A stretch of DNA of 64,000 nucleotides, taken from positions 1 through 64,000 of the IMG/VR virus record IMGVR_UViG_3300027763_000034; one strand, given 5' to 3'. Both the position numbers and the translations under genes were made by a program. Positions 47,097 to 57,205 of the stretch are shown here, piece by piece. The DNA is from a virus. Each line of letters starts with the position of its first letter. Position 1 is the first letter of the stretch. The notes beneath the pieces were generated by a model. The model had not been told where the DNA came from. It saw only the letters and a program-made list of their open reading frames with translations, and did not search any database.

Positions 47097-48647
47097 TTAT
47101 GCATAACAAGTGTCTCTTGATCCGTCTGAGTTATATCGAGCATCGCAAGCACCTACGCTATAGCATGTTGAATAGTTTGTACTTGCTGAGTTTGTTACAT
47201 CGTATGACTTGCAAGCATATTTTCCAGTAGCAGTTTTAGTAACATTTGGACAATTAGCATTTGTAGTTGTTCCGCTTAGTGAACCAGCTCTTGTAGATCC
47301 TCCTGGACAGGACTCTGGTGCAAAGTGATAGCTCATTGTAGGTGTTGTTGTGTAATTACATACACATGCAACATAAGTACATGCTCGTGACTGATAGAAT
47401 GGACCTTGTTCTGTTATAAGTGCTGTTGAGCAGTCTGCATACCGATAAGTTCTTGTTCTTCCAGCGGAAGTTCCGCCTTCTAATGAATTACTTCCACAAA
47501 CGCCAGACCACGAAACATTATATGTGTAGTCCGCATCTACCCAACCTGCAGTACATGTAGGAACACAATATCTTGATGTTGAATATGAACCATATTCCAT
47601 TATATTATCTTGAGTACAATCTGCATATCGATACAGTCTGTATCTCCAGCTATAAGTTCCAGACTCTGAATTGTTTGAGCAGGTTCCGCTCCAAGTTGCT
47701 CCACCGTATGTCCAGTCTGCATCTACCCATGCAGCAGTGCATCCTAAAGTAACAGTAGCAGTACCAGGTGAACCAGTTTTATTAGATGTCATTACAGATG
47801 TTTGTACTCCATAGCCTTGATAAAGGGTAGATCTTGGATAAACAGTAAAATAATTTCCTTCATTTCCAGTAAGAATTGACCATGTGTAATTTAGCTGTGT
47901 TGAGGGAACGTTTATTGTTGTAGTCTCATTATTTCCATATTTAACAACGTCATAAGAAACGGCTCCAGGTGCTGCCGTCCAATACATGTAGACTTGCTTG
48001 TTTGTATTTATTGGAGTTACTGTTACAGTAGCACTGCCAGATGTTCCAGTTCCAGTAAATGCTCTGTTTCCCTGATCTGTAACTGATCCATTGTTTGTTG
48101 TTACAGAATATGTTGTTGCATTTGACGATGCCGTCCAAGAACCGCTATATGAAAATCCAGAATTTGAAATGCTTACAGATGGCTGTGTCGGAGTTGCAGT
48201 TGTTTCTGATGCCGTCATTGTTGATACAACTGGAAGAACTATAGTTCCAATATCTCCAGTTACAGAAACATTTCCTCTACCATTAATTGCAGTGACTGTG
48301 CAACTTAAAATTTGATCAATGTCTGCTACTGCTGCTGTATACGTTTGTGATGTTGCTCCAGATATTGGTGAAGAACCACGCTTCCATTGATATGTATAAG
48401 AAGCTGGGGCGTATGCTGGTTCTGATTTCCATAAAGAGCTAACAGTTAAAACGGCACCAACTTGACCTCTATATGTGGTGCCAGTATGTGTAAATGTTGG
48501 TGTTCCTAATGATTGTGGTAAATTTGGATATGCAAGTTGCCAGCCATTATTATAAACATAGGCTTTTTTAGCAGCAACAAATTGTGATCCAGTATTTATT
48601 TTTAGATCTTTTGCCTCTTGCCAATTTGAGCCATCATTTATTTTCAT
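47097..48647 (-). CDS. Ig/FN3-like virion protein with Cys-rich, thrombospondin-like C-terminus
   Basis: YTYQWKRG..ISGAT..TY.....D....SC.VTA.N (Ig-like); two 62-aa W/C/R-rich repeats plus an 8-Cys tail. Confidence 0.7.
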   Translation of the reverse strand: MKINDGSNWQEAKDLKINTGSQFVAAKKAYVYNNGWQLAYPNLPQSLGTPTFTHTGTTYRGQVGAVLTVSSLWKSEPAYAPASYTYQWKRGSSPISGATSQTYTAAVADIDQILSCTVTAINGRGNVSVTGDIGTIVLPVVSTMTASETTATPTQPSVSISNSGFSYSGSWTASSNATTYSVTTNNGSVTDQGNRAFTGTGTSGSATVTVTPINTNKQVYMYWTAAPGAVSYDVVKYGNNETTTINVPSTQLNYTWSILTGNEGNYFTVYPRSTLYQGYGVQTSVMTSNKTGSPGTATVTLGCTAAWVDADWTYGGATWSGTCSNNSESGTYSWRYRLYRYADCTQDNIMEYGSYSTSRYCVPTCTAGWVDADYTYNVSWSGVCGSNSLEGGTSAGRTRTYRYADCSTALITEQGPFYQSRACTYVACVCNYTTTPTMSYHFAPESCPGGSTRAGSLSGTTTNANCPNVTKTATGKYACKSYDVTNSASTNYSTCYSVGACDARYNSDGSRDTCYA

Positions 48648-48654
48648 TTATATC

Positions 48655-50826
48655 CTAATATTGTATATAAATATCTCCAGCAACCATGCCTGTAGTAGGA
48701 AGTGTGCCAGTATTATTATAGAATGTTTTTGCTCCTGCTGATATTGTTGTTGAGCCTCCAAGTGCTACTGCCGTTCCATTTATAGTAATAGATGAATTTG
48801 CTAACTTATTGTTGGCTATTGAGCCAGCAAGCATTGTATTTGTTACAGTTGCAGAATCTAAAAGTGTAACTGCTGTTCCAGATATTTTAGATTTATCAAT
48901 TGCTGCTGAAGCACTGATATCTGAATTAACAATAGTTCCATCAGCAATCATTGTTGATGTTATTGTTCCAGAAGGAGCAGAAAATGTTCCAGTAAATGAT
49001 GCATTATTAATTGGTGCATAGGCTGCTAAATTAAGAGTTGCCCACGATGGAGATGTACCATCAGTCATTAAATATTTTCCAGCATTGTTAAGTTGTGCTG
49101 GGAGAATTGAAATACCAGATACTGTTGCACCAGAAAAATCTACTGTTCCAGTAAATACTGGTGAAATCTTTGGTGCATAAGTTGATGATGCTGTTGATAT
49201 AGATAATTTAGTATCTAATGCGGATTGTGTAGCAGTTGATATTGGTTTTGATTCATCAGTTGTATTATCTACATTACCAAGACCAATCATTGTTTTTGTA
49301 ATACCATTTACTGTTCCAGTAAATGTTGGGGAAGCAATTGGTGCATATGTAGATGCGGCAGTTGCAGAAGATAATTTAGTTCCAACTAATGTTGTTAATG
49401 CTGTCCCTGCAGATTGATCTGTTGATATGTAATCTGCTATTTCTTTAAGTGTATCAAATGAAGATGGTGCTCCATTTACAACATTTGCTATAGCTGTGGT
49501 TATGTCAGATGTTCTTGCAATTGTTGAAGGTATAACTGTATCTAGTATTTTTCCACTAGATAATCCAATTTTTGCATATCCTCCTGGCAGATCAGCATCT
49601 GCTTCAGAAACATATGCATCTAATGTATTACCAAGTCCTGCTGATGTTAAGAAATGTGAATTTGCATATGCTAATAAATCATCGTTAGCTTGATTTAAAT
49701 TAACATATACATCTGTAAATCTTTGGTTAGTAGCTGAGATTGCTCTTGCATCTGTGAAATAAAGATTATTTGAGCCTTCTGTTATTGCATCTGTTGTCCC
49801 AGAAAATGTTGAACTTCCTGAACCAGCTGGACCCTGTGGACCAGTTGCGCCAGTTAATCCTCGTTCACCTTGTGGGCCTGTTGCGCCAGTGTCGCCTTTT
49901 AATCCCTGTGGACCAGTTGCACCAGTTGCGCCAGTGTCGCCTTTTAATCCCTGTGGACCAGTTGCGCCAGTTGCGCCAGTTGCCCCAGTAGCACCAGTGT
50001 CACCTCTTAATCCTTGTGGGCCTACGTCTCCACGAGGAATTGTAAAATTAAATAACGGTGCAGTTGGTGTTCCAGTATTTGTAATAGAAACAGATGTTCC
50101 TGGGTTTCCAGTTGAAACTGTTCCAAGCGTAATTGTAGATGATGCTCCACCTGAAGACAGTCCAGAAACAGCTGCATTAATTGCAGTATTCCTATTTGTA
50201 ATTTCAGTTGATATTGCTGTATTTATTGCAGTATTTCTATTAGATATTTCTAATGCAATTTTATTATCTGTATAAACATTTGCTGATGAGGTTGCTAATG
50301 TTACTGCTGCTTCGTCTTTAGAATCTGCTGAGGTTCCTGCCGCTGCTAAAGTTTCTATTTTTACTGCAGAAGTTTTGCTACTTGCATCGGCTGCTGCTGT
50401 TGCAATAGCTTCTGATTTGGCAGCAGATATAGCTGTATTTCTATTTGTAACTTCCGTTGCAATTGCTGCAGATATTGATGATGCTACTGCATCTATTGCT
50501 CTTTGGTTTGTAAAATATTTATTGCTACCTTCTGATACAGAGGTTGTTGATAGCGTTGCAATTGCTGTTGCTAAATCTGCAGATACGGACATTGAGTCTG
50601 GAAGTTGTGAGGTGGGTATTTTACCAAGAGCATTTAGTGTTGCTACTCCATTGGCCTCTCCAGCTTTAAATGCATAGGAAGTTGTTGCATTCCATCTTGA
50701 GCCATTACCAATTTTAAACTTTAGGCTGTCTGTCTCAATTCCTAGTTCACCTGATAATAGTATTGGGTTGTTGGACACCCAGTTTGCTGCTGTGTCTCTT
50801 CTAAGTTGTATTCTTAATGATGCCAT
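48655..50826 (-). CDS. collagen-containing fibre protein with Mtd-N-type N-terminus
   Basis: [36 protein letters not shown]; G-X-Y run of about 23 triplets. Confidence 0.8.
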   Translation of the reverse strand: MASLRIQLRRDTAANWVSNNPILLSGELGIETDSLKFKIGNGSRWNATTSYAFKAGEANGVATLNALGKIPTSQLPDSMSVSADLATAIATLSTTSVSEGSNKYFTNQRAIDAVASSISAAIATEVTNRNTAISAAKSEAIATAAADASSKTSAVKIETLAAAGTSADSKDEAAVTLATSSANVYTDNKIALEISNRNTAINTAISTEITNRNTAINAAVSGLSSGGASSTITLGTVSTGNPGTSVSITNTGTPTAPLFNFTIPRGDVGPQGLRGDTGATGATGATGATGPQGLKGDTGATGATGPQGLKGDTGATGPQGERGLTGATGPQGPAGSGSSTFSGTTDAITEGSNNLYFTDARAISATNQRFTDVYVNLNQANDDLLAYANSHFLTSAGLGNTLDAYVSEADADLPGGYAKIGLSSGKILDTVIPSTIARTSDITTAIANVVNGAPSSFDTLKEIADYISTDQSAGTALTTLVGTKLSSATAASTYAPIASPTFTGTVNGITKTMIGLGNVDNTTDESKPISTATQSALDTKLSISTASSTYAPKISPVFTGTVDFSGATVSGISILPAQLNNAGKYLMTDGTSPSWATLNLAAYAPINNASFTGTFSAPSGTITSTMIADGTIVNSDISASAAIDKSKISGTAVTLLDSATVTNTMLAGSIANNKLANSSITINGTAVALGGSTTISAGAKTFYNNTGTLPTTGMVAGDIYIQY
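49822..50035 (-). repeat. collagen-like Gly-X-Y repeat
   Basis: Repeated [15 protein letters not shown] units. Confidence 0.85.
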
Positions 50827-50827
50827 T

Positions 50828-51286
50828 TTATGAACCTCCTGCATCAACAATTATACCATCGTTGTCTGCAGAACTTCCTCCTTCTAAAACTTCGTCTTGT
50901 ACTACTGTAACGCTGCCTTCTGGGTTTCCGCCATCAAGCAATGTTTGGTTTTCAAATGTTCCGCCTTGGTTTGATGTTGAAGGACTTTGTCCGTCGTATC
51001 CAATTACAAGTGGTAATACTAGATCGGGAGAATCTGAAGTATTTGTTTCCTTAAATGTAATCTTATTCTGAACATCAATTGTATGAACATTTCCATCAAA
51101 TGTGTGAGTATGCATATAAAATGGTGTTGGGTCTGTGCTCGGCGGGGTAAGCTCTACCCAAACCATACCATTGTATATTCTTAAATTCTTACTTACTACA
51201 TTGAAGTATATATCTCCAACAGTGGCTATGTCGGGGTTCTCCATAGAAGTAAGAAGATTAAGTGCAACCTTCATTTGTCTGGACAT
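50828..51286 (-). CDS. virion structural protein (hypothetical)
   Basis: GDIYFN......IYNG..W; acidic DGG repeats. Confidence 0.6.
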   Translation of the reverse strand: MSRQMKVALNLLTSMENPDIATVGDIYFNVVSKNLRIYNGMVWVELTPPSTDPTPFYMHTHTFDGNVHTIDVQNKITFKETNTSDSPDLVLPLVIGYDGQSPSTSNQGGTFENQTLLDGGNPEGSVTVVQDEVLEGGSSADNDGIIVDAGGS

Positions 51287-51290
51287 TTTA

Positions 51291-52490
51291 TTATCCTACA
51301 ACTACTACTTTATATTCTCCAGCTGACGGGGCTATTGCAAAGTCTACTGTTACTGTATTCGAGCTAGTTCTTTTTACATCAGCTTCAACTTGTGCAAACG
51401 GTGATGCTGCTTCAAATATTTGAACAGTTACATCAGTTGTTCCTAAATTGTGTGTTATTGTATAAGATGTGGCAGACGCACCAAGTGTTTCTGCATATTT
51501 TCTAGCAATTGCATGATAGGCTGTTCCATTATTTGTTAATGCCCAGTTGTCTGATGTTTCATTCCATAGGATTTCTACATCTGTCTCTAGTCCACGCTCT
51601 ACTGTTATTCCAGCATCTGTTGTTGGGGTGCCAGCAAAATTGCTATTTAGCTTTACCTTATTATCTTCAATATTAATCTGTGTTGTATTTACAGAGTTAA
51701 CAGTTCCAATAACATTGAGGTTTCCACCAACCTGTAAGTTTCCAGTAATTTCTACATTGTCTGGCAAGCCTACGGTTACCGCTGCGTTGTGTCCGCTATT
51801 TGGAGAAACAGTAATTTCATTTGCTGTTCCTACAATAGTTGCTACATAGTCGCCTGTTGTTTGTGAATCTAAATTAATATCTTTTACAGATACTACGCCT
51901 GCGTTTACATTAAAGTCTGCTGCATCAAAAGAAGCGACACCTTTGTTTGTTGTGCTTGCGTCTTCACCAGAAATTGTAATTGCATTATTTGTTACAGCAA
52001 CATCAATTCCTTCTCCACCATTTACAGTTAATCCTTCTGTAAGTAATGAAATAGATGTATTTCCAGTGTCTCCAGTTATTGCAAGCTCTGTTGCTACATC
52101 AACCTGACCAGCTGCAGTTAATCTACCTTGCTGATCTACTGTGAATGTTGGTATCTTTGTTTGTGATCCGTATGAACCAGTTGTTACTGCTGTATTGTCT
52201 AAATCTATTGTTGTGATTCCTGTAGAATCAACGTATGTTCTTGTTAAGCCAACTCCGCCTTCAATTGAAGCGCCGATTACATCTTGAATTACTTCTTGAG
52301 AACCACTCATTGATTGCCATGGACCGTTTGGTGATGCTAATCCATTGTAGTAGTACATAACATTGTCGCCACTGTTATAGTAAATTTGACCAATTACTGG
52401 GTTTGATGGAGCTGAGCCTAAATTCTGAATTCTAGCATTTAAGAGCTCATTTTTATTGAGATCAATGCTAACTAAAAACTTTTTTGCCAT
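51291..52490 (-). CDS. virion structural / fibre protein
   Basis: IDLNKNELLNARIQNL..APS.PV.GQIYYN; GSYGS...IP.FTVD.QGRLTAA; THNLGT. Confidence 0.7.
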   Translation of the reverse strand: MAKKFLVSIDLNKNELLNARIQNLGSAPSNPVIGQIYYNSGDNVMYYYNGLASPNGPWQSMSGSQEVIQDVIGASIEGGVGLTRTYVDSTGITTIDLDNTAVTTGSYGSQTKIPTFTVDQQGRLTAAGQVDVATELAITGDTGNTSISLLTEGLTVNGGEGIDVAVTNNAITISGEDASTTNKGVASFDAADFNVNAGVVSVKDINLDSQTTGDYVATIVGTANEITVSPNSGHNAAVTVGLPDNVEITGNLQVGGNLNVIGTVNSVNTTQINIEDNKVKLNSNFAGTPTTDAGITVERGLETDVEILWNETSDNWALTNNGTAYHAIARKYAETLGASATSYTITHNLGTTDVTVQIFEAASPFAQVEADVKRTSSNTVTVDFAIAPSAGEYKVVVVG

Positions 52491-52502
52491 TTTCTTTCTC
52501 CC

Positions 52503-52940
52503 TTATGACAGATATGCTGTCCCTGAAAACGGTTGTGCCATAGTCAGTGTTAATATGTTTATACTATTATAGTCTATCCCAGTTTCTAATATATCCCCAG
52601 CACTTGACTTAACAGTCACATTGGGGTGGAACCCAAGGTTATGTGTTATTGGCAACGAGTAAATTCCATTTACTGGACCAACTATCTGTGCTAGTTCCCA
52701 AGAATGAGTCAGTGATATCTGCTTATCTAGAATGAAACTTTGTGCTATATTCCACGTATTTGTCTGTGTGTCTTTTGGACCCCAGAATCTTGTTGTATTT
52801 GTATCAAAATAAAAATCTCCAGGAACTCCAAGAGCATTATTTGGATTTCCTTGTCCGCTTATAATTGTGCGCCCTGGCGCACCAGTAGATCTTACAACTA
52901 CTAGGGGATTATTTTCGGTTACTATTAAACGTGTTGCCAT
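52503..52940 (-). CDS. virion structural protein
   Basis: G.P....G..GDFYFDT.T..FWGPK; ITHNLGF.PNVTV. Confidence 0.65.
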   Translation of the reverse strand: MATRLIVTENNPLVVVRSTGAPGRTIISGQGNPNNALGVPGDFYFDTNTTRFWGPKDTQTNTWNIAQSFILDKQISLTHSWELAQIVGPVNGIYSLPITHNLGFHPNVTVKSSAGDILETGIDYNSINILTLTMAQPFSGTAYLS

Positions 52941-53284
52941 TATACCGTTACTGACCTATTTAGAGTCATGTACCCTTCTAATAATCTTGTCTTATTAACG
53001 CTTGGATCAACTATAACTAGGTCGTATGCAGATTTTGGATAAAACATTTTATTTGTTCTGTCTGAAGAAATAGAGATCTTTAACTTTCCTTCAGTTGGGC
53101 TAATGTTTATTCCATCTTGCTCTGTTAAAGTAAATGCTAATTTTTTACCACCTTGGGTGTCTCTAACTTGAAGTTTGGCGGTGTGAAAGTTTAATTGAAT
53201 TGGGGTTTGGTCTTCGTCCAAATACTGAACTTCAAACGTAAAAGTTGTATTTTGGTCTACTTCAAAATTTTTTTGCGCTGCCAC
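52940..53284 (-). CDS. BppU/Ltf-like virion protein
   Basis: DQNTTF.F...Y.D....PI.L..TA..QVR...YDL......TRLLEG. Confidence 0.6.
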   Translation of the reverse strand: MAAQKNFEVDQNTTFTFEVQYLDEDQTPIQLNFHTAKLQVRDTQGGKKLAFTLTEQDGINISPTEGKLKISISSDRTNKMFYPKSAYDLVIVDPSVNKTRLLEGYMTLNRSVTV

Positions 53285-53301
53285 ATTTACCCCTAAATTA
53301 G

Positions 53302-53333
53302 AAAAGCCCTTATGCCAATTTTAGCATAAGGGC
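53302..53333 (-). terminator. hairpin/terminator after the holin-like gene, with an extended -10 element embedded
   Basis: GCCCTTATGC-TAAAATTG-GCATAAGGGC-TTTT; TGCTAAAATT spans stem and loop. Confidence 0.65.
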
Positions 53334-53352
53334 GTTCCCAATCAACTATAAG

Positions 53353-53592
53353 TTAGGCTTTGTTAACAAATCCAAAACTCTTGTCATTTGGATTTAATGC
53401 CTTTAAAATTACGGGTGCTACTGCTGCGACTCCGCCAAGTAATAAATCTTTAGGATTTGTATTACCTGTCATATATAAGGCTAGTGCTGCTGAAAGAAAT
53501 GCTCTTCCGTAGCTTGCTAGCGCTGCTAGGATCTGTTCTTGCATGCTGACCTTTCCATCTTTGTTTAAATCTGCTTTTGCAAATTTAGCCAT
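53353..53592 (-). CDS. holin-like membrane protein with EF-hand loop
   Basis: Two hydrophobic helices, SYGRAFL...LNPND..FG; N-terminal DLNKDGKVSMQE. Confidence 0.6.
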   Translation of the reverse strand: MAKFAKADLNKDGKVSMQEQILAALASYGRAFLSAALALYMTGNTNPKDLLLGGVAAVAPVILKALNPNDKSFGFVNKA

Positions 53593-53662
53593 TTTATTAT
53601 CTCCTTGTTGGGCAATTTGCCCCTGGAATTTTCGGCCTTAGCCGAATACTATAATTCTACCA

Positions 53663-55597
53663 CTATGCTGAAATATCTACAAGCTCGCAATTACCGTCTG
53701 AGCTACAAGCAAGCGTGGCATTTATGGAAGTACCATCTTCTGTCTCATAAAAAGACAAATCTTCCCAACGAATACTTTTAGGCATTTTTGCCGCTAAGTC
53801 CTCGTACTCTTTTTCTGAAATTTCTTGATATGGTGCCTGTTTATATGTATGCTCTGAATGAGGAAGGAATGATATACCAGACACTTCATCAAAGTTTTTG
53901 TAAACCCAGGCCCCTACTTCCATCCATTCGTCTTCTTTAACTGATACGGTAATGGAGGGCTTATGTTCACACCATGCACGTTGATATACCAGCCAAATAT
54001 TTAAATGATCAATAGCTGTTAAATCACTTCTAACAATTGCACCCTCTGGCGCTTTAATTGGAAATGAGAATACGTATGTATCGTTTGGCTTCATAACATC
54101 ATCTTCTACTGGAATTCCAACTTCCTTCAAAAATGTAGAGATTGGATCTCCCTTTGCTCCACGAACTGTACGAATGTAATATGGCGAATGCCAAGCATGC
54201 ATTCCTGAAGATACCCCGACCAATTGAGATACTGTTCCTGACGGCTTTACGCATGTAATAGCGGCAGACTCAGGAATCCCAATTTTTCCAGCCTCATCTT
54301 TATTTTTTGCTCTTGCTAATTCTCTAAGCGTCATTAAAAAAGCTTCTAGTGAAACAAGGTCTTCTTTACCTGACATAAACTTGTGTCCAAATTGTCCAGT
54401 TAGAGAAACACCTAATAAGCGCTCTTCTTCTGTATTGTCTTTCCATATCTTGCGAAGATATTTAAAGTCTGTAAGAGTTGACTGCCACGTCCCAAGGATA
54501 GTTGCAAGTTCAACCTTACGTTCAATTTCTTTCTTTGTATCATTCTCACGTAGTACCACTTCTGAAAGGTTACAAAACTGATAAGGACGTAGGATAATCT
54601 CTGAGCACGGGTTAGTTCCATAGTGTATATCTGGATCTCTTCTTCCATACTTGGCTGCTTGGGCTTGAGCTGCGGCCACATTGTATATGCCTCGTTCTCC
54701 TGATTTTGAATCATATAGAGATTTCCATTCTGCAATAAATTGCTCCATCTCTGGCTTGCGTGAGTAAGCAACAGAGTTATTAGATAAAGCACGTTGCGTA
54801 TTAGCTTCCCACCAGTTACCTGACTTAGCCTGTGCCATTTCAATATCGTTAATGTTAGAAAGAGAAATCATTGCTGATCGGCGAACTCCGCCTACAACAA
54901 CTACCTCACCAATCTTGCACATAATATCGTGGCATTCAATTGGTTTAAGGTTTCTTCCTGTGGCGCTTTTGAACTTTGCAATTGTAAAATCAAATAGATT
55001 AACAAGTGGTTGTGGACCTGATGATCTTCCACCCATTGTCTTAAGTCTTGCACCTGCTGGCCTTACCTTAGAAACATCAATTGCTGGAATCTGTCCAGAC
55101 CAAAGTAATGCTAGCAACTCACGGTATGCTTTAGCCCAACCTTGCTTAGAATCTTCTACTGTAATTACTGTAGTTGACTTCTCCAGTAACTCTGGGACGG
55201 CAGGAAGTTTATTAATGTACTTGTACTCAACAGAGAATCCAACGCCAGTGCCACACATGAGAATATACATTGTCTCGTCAAATGAACGTGGTGAATCAAC
55301 TGGAAGAAAAGCACAATTGTATCCTGCTACATTATCTCTTTCTAATGCTGGTCCTGAAGTCATTACTGATCTCATTGATGGCATTACATTTCGTTCAAAT
55401 ACAAACTCTTTTAATTCCGCAACTAGCTTTTCATTTGGAATATAATTATGGTTTACCTTTAAATGGTTAGTCATAAACTCAAAATATCTATCTACTGTTT
55501 CTCCCCATGTTTCTCTACGGCCTTCTGCCTGTACCCATTTTGCATATCTGGATAAAGCAATAAAGTTTTCATAAGGATTTTCAATAGTTTGTGACAT
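53663..55597 (-). CDS. nrdJ: class II (adenosylcobalamin-dependent) ribonucleotide reductase
   Basis: RRETW.ETV.RY, MPSMR, YNCAF, GGVRRSA, TNPCSEI, TCVKPSGT, C-terminal CSSDGNC; no small subunit gene nearby. Confidence 0.93.
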   Translation of the reverse strand: MSQTIENPYENFIALSRYAKWVQAEGRRETWGETVDRYFEFMTNHLKVNHNYIPNEKLVAELKEFVFERNVMPSMRSVMTSGPALERDNVAGYNCAFLPVDSPRSFDETMYILMCGTGVGFSVEYKYINKLPAVPELLEKSTTVITVEDSKQGWAKAYRELLALLWSGQIPAIDVSKVRPAGARLKTMGGRSSGPQPLVNLFDFTIAKFKSATGRNLKPIECHDIMCKIGEVVVVGGVRRSAMISLSNINDIEMAQAKSGNWWEANTQRALSNNSVAYSRKPEMEQFIAEWKSLYDSKSGERGIYNVAAAQAQAAKYGRRDPDIHYGTNPCSEIILRPYQFCNLSEVVLRENDTKKEIERKVELATILGTWQSTLTDFKYLRKIWKDNTEEERLLGVSLTGQFGHKFMSGKEDLVSLEAFLMTLRELARAKNKDEAGKIGIPESAAITCVKPSGTVSQLVGVSSGMHAWHSPYYIRTVRGAKGDPISTFLKEVGIPVEDDVMKPNDTYVFSFPIKAPEGAIVRSDLTAIDHLNIWLVYQRAWCEHKPSITVSVKEDEWMEVGAWVYKNFDEVSGISFLPHSEHTYKQAPYQEISEKEYEDLAAKMPKSIRWEDLSFYETEDGTSINATLACSSDGNCELVDISA

Positions 55598-55736
55598 TTA
55601 TTATACGACCTTCTCTCCGCCTTGCGGTGTTAATTTTAAGTGAAGTCCTAGTGTATCAAACTTTTATTTATCAGTCTATGGGTAAAAATATTTTTTATTT
55701 ATCTCATTATGTAAGATAGCATCTTGGTTGACTAAC

Positions 55737-55766
55737 TTGACAGTTGTTTATATTTAATGCTATTCT
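55737..55766 (+). promoter_or_regulatory. sigma70-type promoter for the rightward operon
   Basis: TTGACA, 18-nt spacer ending TGC, TATTCT; AGGAGG SD downstream. Confidence 0.55.
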
Positions 55767-55793
55767 TATAGTTCGTTATCTCTATAGGAGGAA

Positions 55794-56342
55794 ATGCCAA
55801 TGGAGAATATAAAGCAACAGTTTAGCGATTTGGTTCGTGACTGGACAATAATAGCAGTAACAATGTTATTTTTGTTTGGCAACTCAGCAAACGCTTTAAC
55901 TGTAGTAGCACCTTTAGTGAAAACTGAAGCCCAATTAAAGCAAGAAGTCTTAGATAGTTTTAGTAAAGAGATTTACAAGCCATCTGAGATGCTTACAGAC
56001 AAAGAGTTAAAACTATTACTTGAGACTGTAGGATTCGAAGGGTCAGGCCTTAAAAAAGCTTGGTCTATAGCAAAGCGTGAATCTAATGGAAGACCGCTTG
56101 CATATAACGGGAATAGGAATACAGGAGATAGTTCTTACGGATTATTTCAGATAAATATGATTGGAAATCTTGGTCCGCAAAGACTTGAGAAATTTGATCT
56201 ACAGAGTAACAAAGAGTTATTCGACCCAGTAACAAACGCAGAGATAACGTACTATATGACCGATGGCGGCAATGATTGGTCAAGCTGGAAGGGTATGACC
56301 CCAAAAGCTAAGGAATTTTTATTAAAATTTCCGACAAAGTAA
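55794..56342 (+). CDS. lytic transglycosylase / lysozyme-like protein with N-terminal signal or TM segment
   Basis: AWSIAKRESNG, GDSSYGLFQIN, LFDP..NA, W..W. Confidence 0.85.
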   Translation: MPMENIKQQFSDLVRDWTIIAVTMLFLFGNSANALTVVAPLVKTEAQLKQEVLDSFSKEIYKPSEMLTDKELKLLLETVGFEGSGLKKAWSIAKRESNGRPLAYNGNRNTGDSSYGLFQINMIGNLGPQRLEKFDLQSNKELFDPVTNAEITYYMTDGGNDWSSWKGMTPKAKEFLLKFPTK

Positions 56343-56352
56343 AGGAGATGGG

Positions 56353-56568
56353 ATGAGGATACAGTATGTATCAACTTACATCTCCATGTCAGAAGAAGGA
56401 TTGGTTGAAAAGCTTTTATGCCCAGTAGACCAATCCATTCTTTTTTCTAATCAAAGCCTTTTAGATGAAATATACTTATATTGCTTAGAGTGCGATTATA
56501 AAAAGGCTCTTGGAACGGCAAGCTATCAAAAAATAGTTGATGAGGTGAATAAACACAAAAATGTGTAA
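56353..56568 (+). CDS. small zinc-ribbon-like protein
   Basis: CPVD...CLECDY; AAGGAG SD. Confidence 0.6.
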   Translation: MRIQYVSTYISMSEEGLVEKLLCPVDQSILFSNQSLLDEIYLYCLECDYKKALGTASYQKIVDEVNKHKNV

Positions 56569-56671
56569 AGAAAATTGTATTTGTAATTTAGAAAATGATT
56601 CGGTTCCGATACAGGTAACTGACGCAATGGGTAGAGAGGTTTTTTGGTTAGATGCAGGAAGGCCAGAATAA
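56561..56671 (+). CDS. small hypothetical protein
   Basis: Hand translation MCKENCICNLENDSVPIQVTDAMGREVFWLDAGRPE; fills the operon gap. Confidence 0.45.
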   Translation: MCKENCICNLENDSVPIQVTDAMGREVFWLDAGRPE

Positions 56672-56867
56672 TCAAATTTCAAATGATTTAGAAGATAATT
56701 TGCCTATGGTAAATTACATAATGCTTCATAGAATATATGACATGCTTAGCCTTATAGCAAAGGGATCGGTTGGGCAGGAAGAAGTAAGCAAAATGATTGC
56801 TTACCACGAACAGGGATATTTATTGGGCCCATCTCCAGCCTTTACCCCAGGAGATCAAAATGATTGA
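56652..56867 (+). CDS. hypothetical protein
   Basis: LEDNLPMVNYIMLHRIYD...H.QG.LLGP.P; operonic. Confidence 0.6.
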   Translation: MQEGQNNQISNDLEDNLPMVNYIMLHRIYDMLSLIAKGSVGQEEVSKMIAYHEQGYLLGPSPAFTPGDQND

Positions 56868-57063
56868 TCCATTAAAACAAAGAATGATATTAAAAGATAT
56901 GCACAAAAAGTTTCAAGATTTAAGTACTGATCTTGCTAAACTTAATGGCCTTTCTTTAGAAGAAGCTAATATATATGCAGACAACTCAAAAGAATCAACA
57001 TTTTGGCTTTTAGATAAAGTACTTCAAGACATGGTAGAAAAAAAATATATAAAATTTGATTGA
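56860..57063 (+). CDS. hypothetical protein
   Basis: AGGAG SD before the ATG at 56860. Confidence 0.5.
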   Translation: MIDPLKQRMILKDMHKKFQDLSTDLAKLNGLSLEEANIYADNSKESTFWLLDKVLQDMVEKKYIKFD

Positions 57064-57094
57064 CTATTATAGATTCTTGTAATATAATTAAAAC

Positions 57095-57156
57095 TCAGGT
57101 TGAGTTATGCTCCCTGTTAAAACCCTAGTCGGATCCGCCTCTGACTAGGGTTTTTT
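57095..57156 (+). ncRNA. putative ~60-nt small RNA with its own promoter and terminator
   Basis: TTGACT-N17-TATAAT (57060-57088), hairpin CAGG-TTGAG-TTATG-CTC-CCTG, then a 13-bp stem with UCCGCC loop and a U-tract. Confidence 0.5.
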
Positions 57157-57205
57157 AATACCATAGCCGTGATACAATTAGGTTATATTATCAATGGAGG
57201 CAAAA

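Noticed and set aside
41152-50826. Diversity-generating retroelement suggested by Mtd-N-like domains
   Set aside because: No reverse transcriptase and no TR/VR pair with A-specific mismatches seen in the window.
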